From the NCBI GenBank assembly GCA_022605425.2, contig CM061253.1:760918-824917 (forward strand): a stretch of 64,000 nt of DNA, written 5' to 3'. Of this stretch, positions 1 through 11,148 are shown piece after piece. Each line of letters begins with the position of its first letter. The first letter of the stretch is position 1. The translations under genes were made by a program, and so were the position numbers. The notes beneath the pieces are model-generated. The model had not been told where the DNA came from. It ran no database searches and saw nothing but the letters and a program-made list of their open reading frames with translations. This DNA is from Hamiltosporidium tvaerminnensis FI-OER-3-3. Lineage: Eukaryota > Fungi > Microsporidia.

Positions 1-660
1 ACAGCGAAATAATGAAATATTTTTTAGATTTTTGATAAGATGAAAATCACATTAAATTTTTGGTTTTTCGATAGAGAAGCGATAAGGTGGAAAAGGTCTA
101 CGAAATAGAGAAAATCTTTCTACAAATAAGTTTGTAATTTTTTCATTCAAACTAGAGCTTTGACTAAAGCTGAATTTGAAGTGATTACAACATAAAGTCA
201 TGAAATAAGTCTTGCTACTTTAAGTTTTGAGACACTGAGCCTGAGAGATTTAGAAAAAAAAATATCCATTTAAAAGCTAAGAAGTTCAAGTGGCTGGCTA
301 TATATGTTTATATGGTTTGTAACTTATAGGTGAATTTCTTATAAATAGCCGAAATATATTTTAGCTGAATGTCTATTCGGTTCGAAAAACGTAGAGTAAC
401 TGTGATTGCTGCTAGTTTAAGATATTCCTAATGTAGGTTTCAATCTGTGATCAACACCAGCATACGAATATTAAAATCGTGTACGACTGTTCGCTTCTTC
501 AATGAAATTTATATATATTTTAGATAAAAAAGGCTTTTGGTTTGGATCTCGTATAGAGTACTTATGGAGTTTCTAAGAAAAACTATATATGACGTCCTAT
601 AACCATGTTAATGTCATAAAATAATATAAAACAAATGAAATCTTTAAAAAGATCTGATGT
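1..660 (+). repeat. Copy A of dispersed ~700-bp decayed coding element (Trp-rich family), runs off window start
   Basis: Colinear similarity to 35200-35930, e.g. gaaatatattttagctg, gtagagtaa, gttaatgtcataaaa...tttaaaaagatctgat. Confidence 0.75.
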
Positions 661-1198
661 TCATTGAATATAAAATGATTAGAAATATAAAATTTTCTTT
701 TTAATTTTTTTTACTAACTATTTCTAGTTCATTTTGTTGCTTCTATTTGTATGTACTTTCGTATGATTTGGCTTTTTTTACATTTTTGTTGTATACTTCA
801 ATCTTGTTTCAATTTTCGGTCTTGTCTATATTAATTTGAGATTTTTTCTAAAAGTATTAAATCATAAACCATTTTTTAAATAAAAGTTCCGATATTTTTT
901 ATTCCCAAAAAGGAGTTATTTTCTATTTTTCTATTTTTTTTAGAATCATTGATTATTAGCCAAATATTACAAATTAATTTATCAAATTGATAATAAAAAA
1001 ATATTTTTCAATTAGGAGTGCAATTTAGATGGTATCAAATCAAATTAATTTTTAAAATAACCAATCGAAAACGCTTAAGAAAAAATTTGATTTGTGATTC
1101 ATAAATTAAATCCAATTTTTTATTGGAGAATTAATTATCTGGTTTTGGAATATTTGATCATTTTTTTTTATTTTTTTACGTGAAAAAATGTTATCCAA

Positions 1199-1903
1199 AT
1201 GGTGAGTAAAAGAAACAAAATACGCATTGCATTAGGAGTTGTTGGTTCAATATTGGCTATATCTGGCATAATGTGTGTTGTGGGATACATTAAAGCTGGT
1301 AATGTCATTAAGAGCTTCGAAGACGATTATAAGAAATTTTCGGCTTTAGAGGATGATAAAAAATTCACATCTTTAGTGAATCTTTACAAGTTTTGTTATT
1401 TCGCTTCTATTAAAGAAGGAAGTGCTTTTGCATTAATTGTAGAAGAAAACAAAGGGTCAAGCGTGAAAATGTTGAAAGAAGCATTAGAAAAGAAAAATAC
1501 AAAGGAATTTGAGGAGTTATCCATAGCTCCGGACTCGATCAAAGGATTCGATATGGATATTTCTAAGTTGGAAAAGGTAGTTGGTGATGTCGGGCTTTTA
1601 GTTAGACTTGGTTTCTGTTTCAAAGGCTACCATCCTATCAAACCAACATATGCTTTATCTTCGTTTATACATAAGACCATAAAAAAACCTAAAAAAGACG
1701 AAATAAATGCTGCATTTTTAGATATAGTAAATGATTCTGTCGTGAGAATATTTGATGTTAAACGCGATGCTATGGATGATAAGGGTGCTAAAAGTATTTC
1801 TTCGGCTAAAAAATTTAAGTTTGAAGCACCTAAAAATGGAATATCCGGTAAACCTGCTGATTTTATTGCTTATATTTGTCATAAAGTAGAAAAGAAGGCT
1901 TAA
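1199..1903 (+). CDS. Hypothetical protein with N-terminal transmembrane anchor/signal (234 aa)
   Basis: Long ORF with higher GC than flanks; hydrophobic segment IALGVVGSILAISGIMCVVGYI after a basic N-terminus; no family recognised. Confidence 0.8.
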   Translation: MVSKRNKIRIALGVVGSILAISGIMCVVGYIKAGNVIKSFEDDYKKFSALEDDKKFTSLVNLYKFCYFASIKEGSAFALIVEENKGSSVKMLKEALEKKNTKEFEELSIAPDSIKGFDMDISKLEKVVGDVGLLVRLGFCFKGYHPIKPTYALSSFIHKTIKKPKKDEINAAFLDIVNDSVVRIFDVKRDAMDDKGAKSISSAKKFKFEAPKNGISGKPADFIAYICHKVEKKA

Positions 1904-2149
1904 AGTCTGCTCTATGATGCGAAAATGGTTTTTATATTCAATCTCCAGTTTGATATGATTAAAATTCATTTTTAGCTTTTTCTTTACTTTATTTCATATT
2001 TCTTTTTTTGAATTTTAAATATTGCACCAGTTTTTATTTACTTCGTACGCTTGTATGTCTTGAAAATCTTAGTTTGTGATTTTTAGATTAAAAATATGCC
2101 TTTTTTTCTCATAATTTTTCTTTGTTAGTGCGCGATATCTAGTTCAAGA

Positions 2150-2630
2150 AATTTTTAAAAATGAATATGTAGATATAAGAGTGGCCATCGGACTAAAAAC
2201 TGATGTCAAAATTCGGAATAATAGATCCGAAATATTTATTTTGAATAAGACTAGAAAAAGGAAACTTAAATTGAAGTAGAATTACTTCCCAAGTTTCCCT
2301 TCAAATTGAATAAACTAAAAAAATCGGAAAACATAAGGTTTTAACATTCTTTAAGTCTTATTTATAAGTATAGTCTTGAGATAATCTTGTATATGATGAA
2401 CCCGGATGGTATTGTAACAAAATTCCATAAGACGTATGGTAAAAAGTAATATTGCTGAATATAGAGGCATATATTCAGTTGATTGTACTTAGAAAACAGT
2501 TTAGAGATTTCATATGATCAATGAAGAAGAATTGAGTCGGCCCAAATGCCGGAAAAGAGCAGTTATGGGTGTTATCGGAGACTAGGTGAATGAGGAATCA
2601 TCATAGCCTTTAAAACAAACGAGTAAAGAA
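2150..2630 (+). mobile_element. 3' fragment of RLE-type non-LTR retrotransposon (decayed)
   Basis: aaaactgatgtcaaaattcggaataatagatccgaaatatttatttt matches the TDVKIRNNRPDIFIL region of the element at 48530-50740. Confidence 0.7.
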
Positions 2631-3011
2631 TAATATGGCGTTAAATATTTTTTTTAAAAAATAATAGCTCCTTATTTTATACTTAGAAGAACCATATAAA
2701 AGGAACTGCCAATAAAAATAAATGAAAATTCGATTCTGAAAAGTAAAAGACGATGGTACAAAAAGTAGAAGAAAATATATAAAATTCTGGAAAGAATTTT
2801 AAAATCAAAATATATTCAATTGTATTTAGAGCATTAAAACATTTTTTTAACATATTTTTTACAAAACTAATATTTTTCGATAGCAAATAAATGCATCCAA
2901 ATTTTTATTTTTTAAAAAATATATTTTTCATTAAAAAGCGAATGTAAATCTTTACTAACTGGCAATACAAATTATCTAAAAATTTATACATAAAAAACCT
3001 CCCCTCTTTTT

Positions 3012-3875
3012 ATGGACGATCAAGCCTATTCGATGTTACCATATTTTTATGAAAATATATTTCCATTGGAAAGAATATTTCAATGGTTAAAAATTGACGA
3101 GAAACGAGAAATATCTTTCACATTACAAAACGGCATGTATTTACGGTATTTAAATTTCAAATCAAAAGAAGAATTACTGACAAAGATTTTATCAACCGTT
3201 CCTGTCAAAATAGATTTTGGAGCTGTATATGCCAATAGACTAAGAAAAGGAACGGAATGTATTCCAGTGGAAAAAGAACTTGTCTTCGATATTGATTTGA
3301 CAGATTATAAAAGAACATGTTGTACGGGAAGAAATACTTGTGAAACATGTTTTGTGTTGGTAAAATCTGCTATAAAATTGCTAAATTATTCTTTGAAAGA
3401 AGAATTTGGATTTGAAAAAGTACTTTTTGTATTTTCAGGAGGACGTGGTATACATTGTTGGGTATCGGATGACAATGCTCGTTCGTTAAATAATTCTGAA
3501 CGTCAAAGTGTGACAAAATTTTTTGATTCGGTTTCTAAAAGAAAGATATTTCCAACGGAATATTGTAATATTTTGATGGAAAATATTGCAGAGTTTAATG
3601 AACCAGATCTAAATATTAAACCCGAAACTGCCACAGTCGAAGAGATATTTGAACATTTATATATAAAACTTGATAAAAATGTTACATCGGAGATTAAACA
3701 CCTACTCAAATCTCCCTTCTGTGTTCATTCTTCTACAACCAAAGTATGCGTTCCCCTAGATCCTGAAAACATTGATACCGTTCTCATTGAACATCTTCCA
3801 ACACTACAAAATGTCATGGATAATCCAAAAACATTGGATCCATACATTAGAATATTTGATCAAATATTTTTTTAA
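3012..3875 (+). CDS. PRI1: DNA primase small (catalytic) subunit
   Basis: Motifs REISF, KELVFDIDLTDY, FSGGRGIHCWV, HLLKSPFCVH; CCCC motif just upstream of ATG. Confidence 0.96.
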   Translation: MDDQAYSMLPYFYENIFPLERIFQWLKIDEKREISFTLQNGMYLRYLNFKSKEELLTKILSTVPVKIDFGAVYANRLRKGTECIPVEKELVFDIDLTDYKRTCCTGRNTCETCFVLVKSAIKLLNYSLKEEFGFEKVLFVFSGGRGIHCWVSDDNARSLNNSERQSVTKFFDSVSKRKIFPTEYCNILMENIAEFNEPDLNIKPETATVEEIFEHLYIKLDKNVTSEIKHLLKSPFCVHSSTTKVCVPLDPENIDTVLIEHLPTLQNVMDNPKTLDPYIRIFDQIFF

Positions 3876-3964
3876 TTTTTTACAAATAAATTAATATTTG
3901 TAATTATTTTTAAAATTAAAATTTAAACTTCTCAGTATTATATTAGATTGTATTAATTTTAAAG

Positions 3965-4520
3965 GTTATTTTTTTAAAAATAGTAGGAAGTATTCAATTG
4001 TTTGCATGGAATTAACCCAGTCCTTGGGTTAATATAAGTAACTGCTTATTCAACACTTCATCGATACACCCTCCACGATATCCTAATCTTAACTCCCGCT
4101 CATTTAAAGAAAGAATAATGCAAAATTAATGTGCGAAATAATTGCCCCGAACTTTTTAATGTTCGTTGCATTGAGTAGTATTGTAATTCGAAACCCCTAA
4201 TGAGCTCTTTCATTACATCAAGCATTTTCACTTACTCTACACTTTCTGATTCATATTTACTTCTAGCTAAGATATATTTAAAAGACTTACATGAGGCCCA
4301 AGTAGACAAAGCAATATCATACAAACAAATATAACCTGTTACTTAACTTCACGGGCTTTAGAGGGTTTATTTTTTATATATCCCAGTCGCTAAGCCTTCC
4401 AACTCGAGTGAGCAAGGTTAGGTTTCCATGTTTTTACAAAGCGATTCTTTACAGTTTGAATCGCGCTTTGTAATCTAGCTATACATAAAAACCCAAAACT
4501 GCTCTGTAGAGAAGTTTTAA
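3965..4520 (-). repeat. Copy B of Trp-rich decayed coding element
   Basis: Reverse complement translates to VKTWKPNLAHSSWKA*RLG ... VTGYICLYDIALSTWASCKSFKYILARS ... AVTYINPRTGLIPCKQ, colinear with 35200-35930. Confidence 0.85.
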
Positions 4521-5387
4521 CTGTACAGATTCGTATACATCAACGAAAATATAATTCACTTCTAATTCCACAAAAATATAAACATTGAATTTTGTTTCTA
4601 ATTCAATCAACCTTTGTTAAACAAAAGATTTTTAACAAGCTTGTTCTTTCTGTATCATTCTAAAAAGAAATATTATAAAGTAGCATATTAACCCAAAACC
4701 AAATTGAAAATATTTTTATCAGTAAAAATTACTTAAATAAATATTATTTGAAATATCTTTTATAGTGTTTGTATATAATTATACTTTTAATTTAAGCCAT
4801 AATTATACAATACTTCTTAAAAAACACTTAAAACATTTATCTTTAAATCATAAAATACAGTTTAAAAGCCACAAATACTCAATACAAACCAGTATATAAG
4901 ATAAGCAGCTTAGGTATACAATTAACACAATTGATACAATTAGAGATAAAAAAAATATTATAAGATTCATTTGAATATAATTTCTTAATAAGTATAAAAA
5001 CAAAATAAATCCAAACAAGCAATAATAAAATATCAAGGATGAGTTTTTACAGAATTATAAAATGTTTGTAAAGAATATTTTTTAAATCAAAATAAAATTA
5101 AAAACGATATTCATGTGTCAGTTCTGTAAAATAATAGATTTTATTAAATAAACTAATATTTCTATAACTACTTGTAAATATATAAAAACCAAGCGTATAT
5201 TTAAAAAAAAAATTACCTTTTAAGGATACTAATTAAAGGTATGAAAATCACGAGTATATTTTATGAAATAAACTTGTCTTTCCATAACCGCCAATCAAAA
5301 ATATTTAAACCTTATCTAATCAATTTTAATTGGTTATTTTTCTTATCAAAAAGATATAAAATACAAAACCAGAAAAAAAATAAAAAA

Positions 5388-6308
5388 ATGTTACAAAAAA
5401 AAGTAAAATTAAACAACGGAAAAGAGATTCCTATAATAGGATTAGGTACATGGAGAATAAATGGTAAAGAATATATAAGAAATTCCATTACATCTGCGTT
5501 AGAAATAGGATATAGACATATAGATACTGCATGGGTATATGAAAACGAACAAGATATAGGAATAATATTATCAGATATTCTAAAAAATAAAAAATTTAAT
5601 ATAAAACGAGAAGATCTGTTCATCACATCTAAGTTATGGAACACATTCCATCACAATGTTAAGGAAGGTGTGATACAGACCTTAAGACACCTAAAATTAG
5701 AATATTTAGATTTATATTTAGTGCATTGGCCAGTAAGTTTCAAAAGTAAAAATAATTACGAAACTGACCGAGATAAAGAAGGAAATCCGATTTTATTAGA
5801 CTTTGATCCTGTGTCTGTATGGAAACAAATGGAAGAATTGGTGGAAAGCGGTCTCACAAAATCAATTGGTGTAGCTAATTTTGGAACACAAAATCTCACA
5901 AAAATACTGGAAAATTGCAGAATAAAACCCGTCATAAACCAGTTTGAATTACATCCTTACTTAAAACAAACCGATTTACAAAATTTCTGTACAAATCACA
6001 ACATTCAAATACAATCTTACTCGTCACTCGGATCTTCTGATAACGAAAACACCGCCCCGAATCTCAAAGAAGACCCCCTCTTGTCAAAATTAGCCCAAAA
6101 TAGAAATATTACCACCTCACAACTCATACTCAGCTACTTAACTCACAAAAATATTTGTGTCATTCCCAAAAGCACCAACCCTACCCATATCCACCAAAAC
6201 TCTCAATTAATTCCACTCACAGACCAAGAAGTACAACAAATAGAAAGTATTAAAACAGAATACCGATACGTAGATCTTCCATCCTTCGGAAAAGACAGAT
6301 TTAAATAA
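5388..6308 (+). CDS. Aldo/keto reductase (aldose reductase-like); probable start 5388 rather than 5241
   Basis: LNNGKEIPIIGLGTW, GYRHIDTAWVYENE, REDLFITSKLWN, YLDLYLVHWP, KSIGVANF, NQFELHPYL, IPKS. Confidence 0.95.
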   Translation: MLQKKVKLNNGKEIPIIGLGTWRINGKEYIRNSITSALEIGYRHIDTAWVYENEQDIGIILSDILKNKKFNIKREDLFITSKLWNTFHHNVKEGVIQTLRHLKLEYLDLYLVHWPVSFKSKNNYETDRDKEGNPILLDFDPVSVWKQMEELVESGLTKSIGVANFGTQNLTKILENCRIKPVINQFELHPYLKQTDLQNFCTNHNIQIQSYSSLGSSDNENTAPNLKEDPLLSKLAQNRNITTSQLILSYLTHKNICVIPKSTNPTHIHQNSQLIPLTDQEVQQIESIKTEYRYVDLPSFGKDRFK

Positions 6309-7043
6309 AAAGCAATACAATTCTTATCCATATATTTTGTTCTTATATGTATAAATATTATTATATTTCTTATATATTTTATTACATCTCTTACTATATT
6401 TCATATATCTCTATATTTTTTTTATTATTATATCTTACAAACTCTTTTATCTTCTAATGATATATCTTCTTTAAAAAAATTATAATTCAACAAAACCTTC
6501 TTTCAGTTAAAAAAACAATAATTTATATTTAAAACCCTCTTAATAGTATATCTGTTACTAAAATCTTCTTAATATTCTATACTGTGGGTAGAACTTCTTA
6601 ATAATGTACACTGTTACCAATACCCTCTTATTTACTATCTTTATTTTAAACCCTTTTATTTACTACTCTTATTAAAAACCCCCTTATTTACACCTCTATG
6701 ATTTACACCCCAATATTTACTATCCTATTAAAAACCCCCTTATTTACTACCATATTGATTAACACCCTCATATCTACTATCTGTATGATTTACACCCCAA
6801 TATTTACTATCTCTATTAATAACACCCTCTTATTTAATACCAAATTAATAAAACCCCCTTGTTAATAACACCCGCTTATTTACTACTCTTATTAATAACA
6901 CCCTCATCATACACACTACTATCACTAAAACCCCCCCCCTCACCCACTATCCCTAACACCCCCCTCACCCTCACACTTACCCCCACTTCTCCCTCCATAT
7001 TTCCCTCCAAATAACCTATAAAACAACACTCCCTTCTCTTCCT

Positions 7044-7664
7044 ATGAAAAGACTCTTCCAAGACATTACAAACGTAATAAAAAAGAACATAAAACTAACC
7101 ATCCACAGAAACAACCACAGAAAGAAACTAATACAATGGTTATACGAAGTATGCACAGAATTCTCATACTCTCCCATAACATACACTCTCTGTGTCCAAA
7201 TACTAGACAAATACACTTCTCTAACCCCAATAAATTACAAAATATACCAATTAATAGGAATAACCTGTCTTTTTATATCCGCCAAAATAGAAGAATCCAC
7301 TACAAAAGATATACACGAATATATAACAGTAACTGATAATTCAGTATCTTTACAACAAATTTTAAATACAGAAAAAGATATTCTTTGTAATTTAAATTTT
7401 AATTTATTTTTTATCTCACCACACTCATATATAAATATTTTTTATTTAGAAAATATTTCTTATAAATATAATATTTCAATAGAACATACATCACACCTAT
7501 TACATTGTTTTGTTGCTAGTGTTATGGAAAAAGAAGAAGTTAATATGTATTGGTTATATGAAGAAGCTAAGACACTATTTGAGAAGTGCTTAGAAAAAAA
7601 AGAAATTGATAAAGAAATAAGACTATATATACCGTTATATAACAAGGATATAATAAAAGGGTAG
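7044..7664 (+). CDS. Cyclin (cyclin box protein)
   Basis: RKKLIQWLYEV, ILDKY, YQLIGITCLFISAKIEE, EKDILCNLNFNL. Confidence 0.9.
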   Translation: MKRLFQDITNVIKKNIKLTIHRNNHRKKLIQWLYEVCTEFSYSPITYTLCVQILDKYTSLTPINYKIYQLIGITCLFISAKIEESTTKDIHEYITVTDNSVSLQQILNTEKDILCNLNFNLFFISPHSYINIFYLENISYKYNISIEHTSHLLHCFVASVMEKEEVNMYWLYEEAKTLFEKCLEKKEIDKEIRLYIPLYNKDIIKG

Positions 7665-7964
7665 ATAAGGTACTGTAAGGATAAAGATTATTAGTAGTAT
7701 ATTAGGGATTGATAGGATATAATAAAAGGGTAGATAAGGTACAGTAAGGATAAAGTATTATTAGTAGTATATTGGGAGAAGGATATAAAAAAGGGAAAAA
7801 AAAAAAATTTTTTATTAGTATTATAAGGTTACTGTGATTAGTATTTATATTTGTATTTGTATCAAGGTTAGTATTAGAGTTATACATGAATTGGTGTTAG
7901 TGTTTATACTTACTTATTATTTAGATGGTTATTGGTATTAAAGGTTGTAAAGGGTAAATTATTT

Positions 7965-9965
7965 TACTGGTTCTACTAATTGTTAATTAACACCCTATTA
8001 TTTTACTATACACTACTAATTCTTAATTAACACCTTATTATTACTATACACTACTAATTCTTAATTAACACCCTCTTATTTACTAGTTCTACTACTTCTT
8101 AATTAACACCCTTTTATTTTACTAGTTATACTAATTGTTAATTAACACCCTCTTATTTACTAGTTATACTAATTGTTAATTAACACCCTATTATTTTACT
8201 AGTTATACTAATTGTTAATTAACACCCTCTTATTTACTAGTTATACTAATTGTTAATTAACACCCTATTATTTTACTAGTTATACTAATTGTTAATTAAC
8301 ACCCTCTTATTTTACTAGTTATACTAATTGTTAATTAATACCCTATTATTACTATACACTACTACTTCTTAATTAACACCCTTTTATTTTACTAGTTATA
8401 CTAATTGTTAATTAATACCCTATTATTACTATATACTACTAATTGTTAATTAATACCCTATTATTTTACTATACACTACTACTTCTTAATTAACACCCTC
8501 TTATTTTACTACCCCAGTATAAATATTTAATTAACACCCTTTATTTATTATACCCCAGTATAAATATTTAATTGATACCCCTATTATTTTACTATACTTA
8601 CTAAACAATAAATTAACACCCTCTTATTTTACTATACACTACTAATTCTTAATTAACACCCTCTTATTTTACTATACACTACTAATTCTTAATTAACACC
8701 CTCTTATTTACTAGTTCTACTAATTGTTAATTAACACCCTATTATTACTATACACTACTAATTGTTAATTAACACCCTATTATTTTAGTGGTTCTACTAA
8801 TTGTTAATTAACACCCTATTATTACTATACACTACTAATTGTTAATTAACACCCTATTATTTTACTACCCCTGTATAAATATTTAATTAACACCCTTTAT
8901 TTATTATACCCCAGTATAAATATTTAATTGATACCCCTATTATTTTACTATACTTACTAAACAATAAATTAACACCCTATTATTTTACTATACACTACTA
9001 CTTCTTAATTAACACCCTCTTATTTTACTATACACTACTAATTCTTAATTAACACCCTCTTATTTACTAGTTCTACTAATTCTTAATTAACACCCTCTTA
9101 TTTTACTATACACTACTAATTGTTAATTAACACCCTCTTATTTTACTATACACTACTAATTCTTAATTAACACCCCTTATTATTACTATACACTACTAAT
9201 TCTTAATTAACACCCTTTAATTACTATACACTACTAATTATTAATTAACACCCTCTTATTTACTAGTTCTACTACTTCTTAATTAACACCCTTTTATTTT
9301 ACTAGTTATACTAATTGTTAATTAATACCCTATTATTACTATACACTACTACTTCTTAATTAACACCCTTTTATTTTACTAGTTATACTAATTGTTAATT
9401 AATACCCTATTATTACTATACACTACTAATTGTTAATTAACACCCTATTATTTTACTATACACTACTAATTGTTAATTAACACCCTATTATTTTACTAGT
9501 TATACTAATTGTTAATTAACACCCTATTATTACTATACACTACTAATTGTTAATTAACACCCCTGTTATTTACTATACTTACTAAACAATAAATTAACAC
9601 ATTTTAATTTACTATATTTACTAAACAATAAATTAACACCCTGTTATTTACTACCATATTTAAACAATAAATTATCACCCCTTTATCTACTATACCCCTG
9701 TATAAATATTTAATTAACACCCTGTTATTTACTACCATATTTAAACTATTAATTAACACCCCTTTATCTACTATACCCCAGTATAAATATTTAATTAACA
9801 CCCTTTATTTTACTACAATATTTAAACTATAAATTAACACCCCTTTATTTACTATACTTACTAAACAATAAATTAACACCCTTTTATTTTACTATCATAC
9901 TAAACAATAAATTAACACCCTATTATTTTACTACCCCATATAAACTATAAATTAACACCCCCCTC
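7965..9965. repeat. ~2-kb minisatellite, ~40-bp unit with TTAATTAACACCC core
   Basis: Dozens of variants of ttaattaacaccctattattttactatacactactaattg; degenerate relatives at 6530-6900. Confidence 0.95.
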
Positions 9966-10010
9966 TTTATACTACCACCCTACATTCTTTACCCCTTAAA
10001 TACAATATTT

Positions 10011-10223
10011 ATGAACATCAAAAGTAAATATGAACAAGAAATATCCAAAATATTAGGTAAAGCCATGCAAAGCAGTTACCAAAAAAATAAAATACAACAA
10101 CTTATTACCACTGCAATAGAAAAAACCAATATTTTAATAGAAAATAAAGAAATTGATATTTATGAAATTAAAAATGAATTTAAAAAGATAAAAGAAGAAA
10201 TTGAAAGAGAAATTATAATGTAA
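10011..10223 (+). CDS. Small helical hypothetical protein (70 aa)
   Basis: Non-repetitive ORF between repeat arrays; CCCC upstream of ATG; amphipathic E/K/I pattern. Confidence 0.45.
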   Translation: MNIKSKYEQEISKILGKAMQSSYQKNKIQQLITTAIEKTNILIENKEIDIYEIKNEFKKIKEEIEREIIM

Positions 10224-10224
10224 G

Positions 10225-10665
10225 AGTAAGGGTTAGTGATAGTGATAGTGATAGTTGTAGTGATAGTGATAGTTGTAAGATAAAAAGAGAAATTATAATG
10301 TAAGAGTAAGGGTTAGTTGTAGTTGTAAGATATTAAGGGGTGTTAAGGATAATAATTATATTAAAAGGTTATAATAACAACTACTAGTAAATAAGATGTG
10401 TTAAATATCCTAATGATATTAAAAGGGTTATAATAACAACTACTATTAAATAAAAGGGTTAACAACAAAGATAGTAAATAAGATGTGTTAATAACTACTA
10501 GTAAATAAGATGTGTTAAATATCCTAATGATATTAAAAGGGTTATAATAAAAGTACTGGTAAATAAGATGTGTTAACAACAAAGATAGTAAATAAGATGT
10601 GTTAATAACTACTAGTAAATAAGAAGGGTTAAATATCCTAATGATATTAAAAGGGTTATAACAAT
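10225..10665. repeat. G-rich degenerate tandem repeats (aaagggtta / agtaaataagatgtgtta units)
   Basis: Repeated blocks visible directly. Confidence 0.85.
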
Positions 10666-10785
10666 AATACTTATAAACAATAACTTAACAACAACACTTA
10701 TAATTAAAACAAATAGAAAATATTAAATATTCCTTCTTTAATAATATTTATTATAAATTAAGACCAACAAGGTATAATATATGTC

Positions 10786-11032
10786 TATATTCTTATATTC
10801 TTATATTCTTATATTCTTATATTCTTATATTCTTATATTCTTATATTCTTATATTCTTATATTCTTATATTCTTATATTCTTATATTCTTATATTCTTAT
10901 ATTCTTATATTCTTATATTCATATGTCTTATATGTCTTATATTCTTATATGTCTTATATTCTTATATGTCTTATATTCTTATATGTCTTATATTCTTATA
11001 TTCTTATATGTCTTATATGTCTTATATTCTTA
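10786..11032. repeat. (TTATATTC)n microsatellite with TTATATGTC variants
   Basis: Perfect 8-mer run 10790-10920, then mixed 8/9-mers. Confidence 0.95.
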
Positions 11033-11148
11033 TATAATATAATCTTATATCCCTATTAATCATACTATCTATCCCTAATCCCTATCTAAAACTATATCCC
11101 TCTTTATCCACTACCACACTCCATCCCCACACTCCACTACCCCCCCCT

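Noticed and set aside
5241-5387. N-terminal extensions in the ORF track (also 36446-36514 and 40521-40607)
   Set aside because: AT-rich upstream sequence; family homology starts at the downstream Met
7965-9965. CRISPR-like look of regularly spaced conserved words (also 40889-41335)
   Set aside because: Intervening sequences are themselves repeats, not unique spacers; no cas genes; eukaryotic context
10781-11059. 92-aa hydrophobic ORF (ILIFLYSY repeats)
   Set aside because: Artefact of the 8-bp microsatellite
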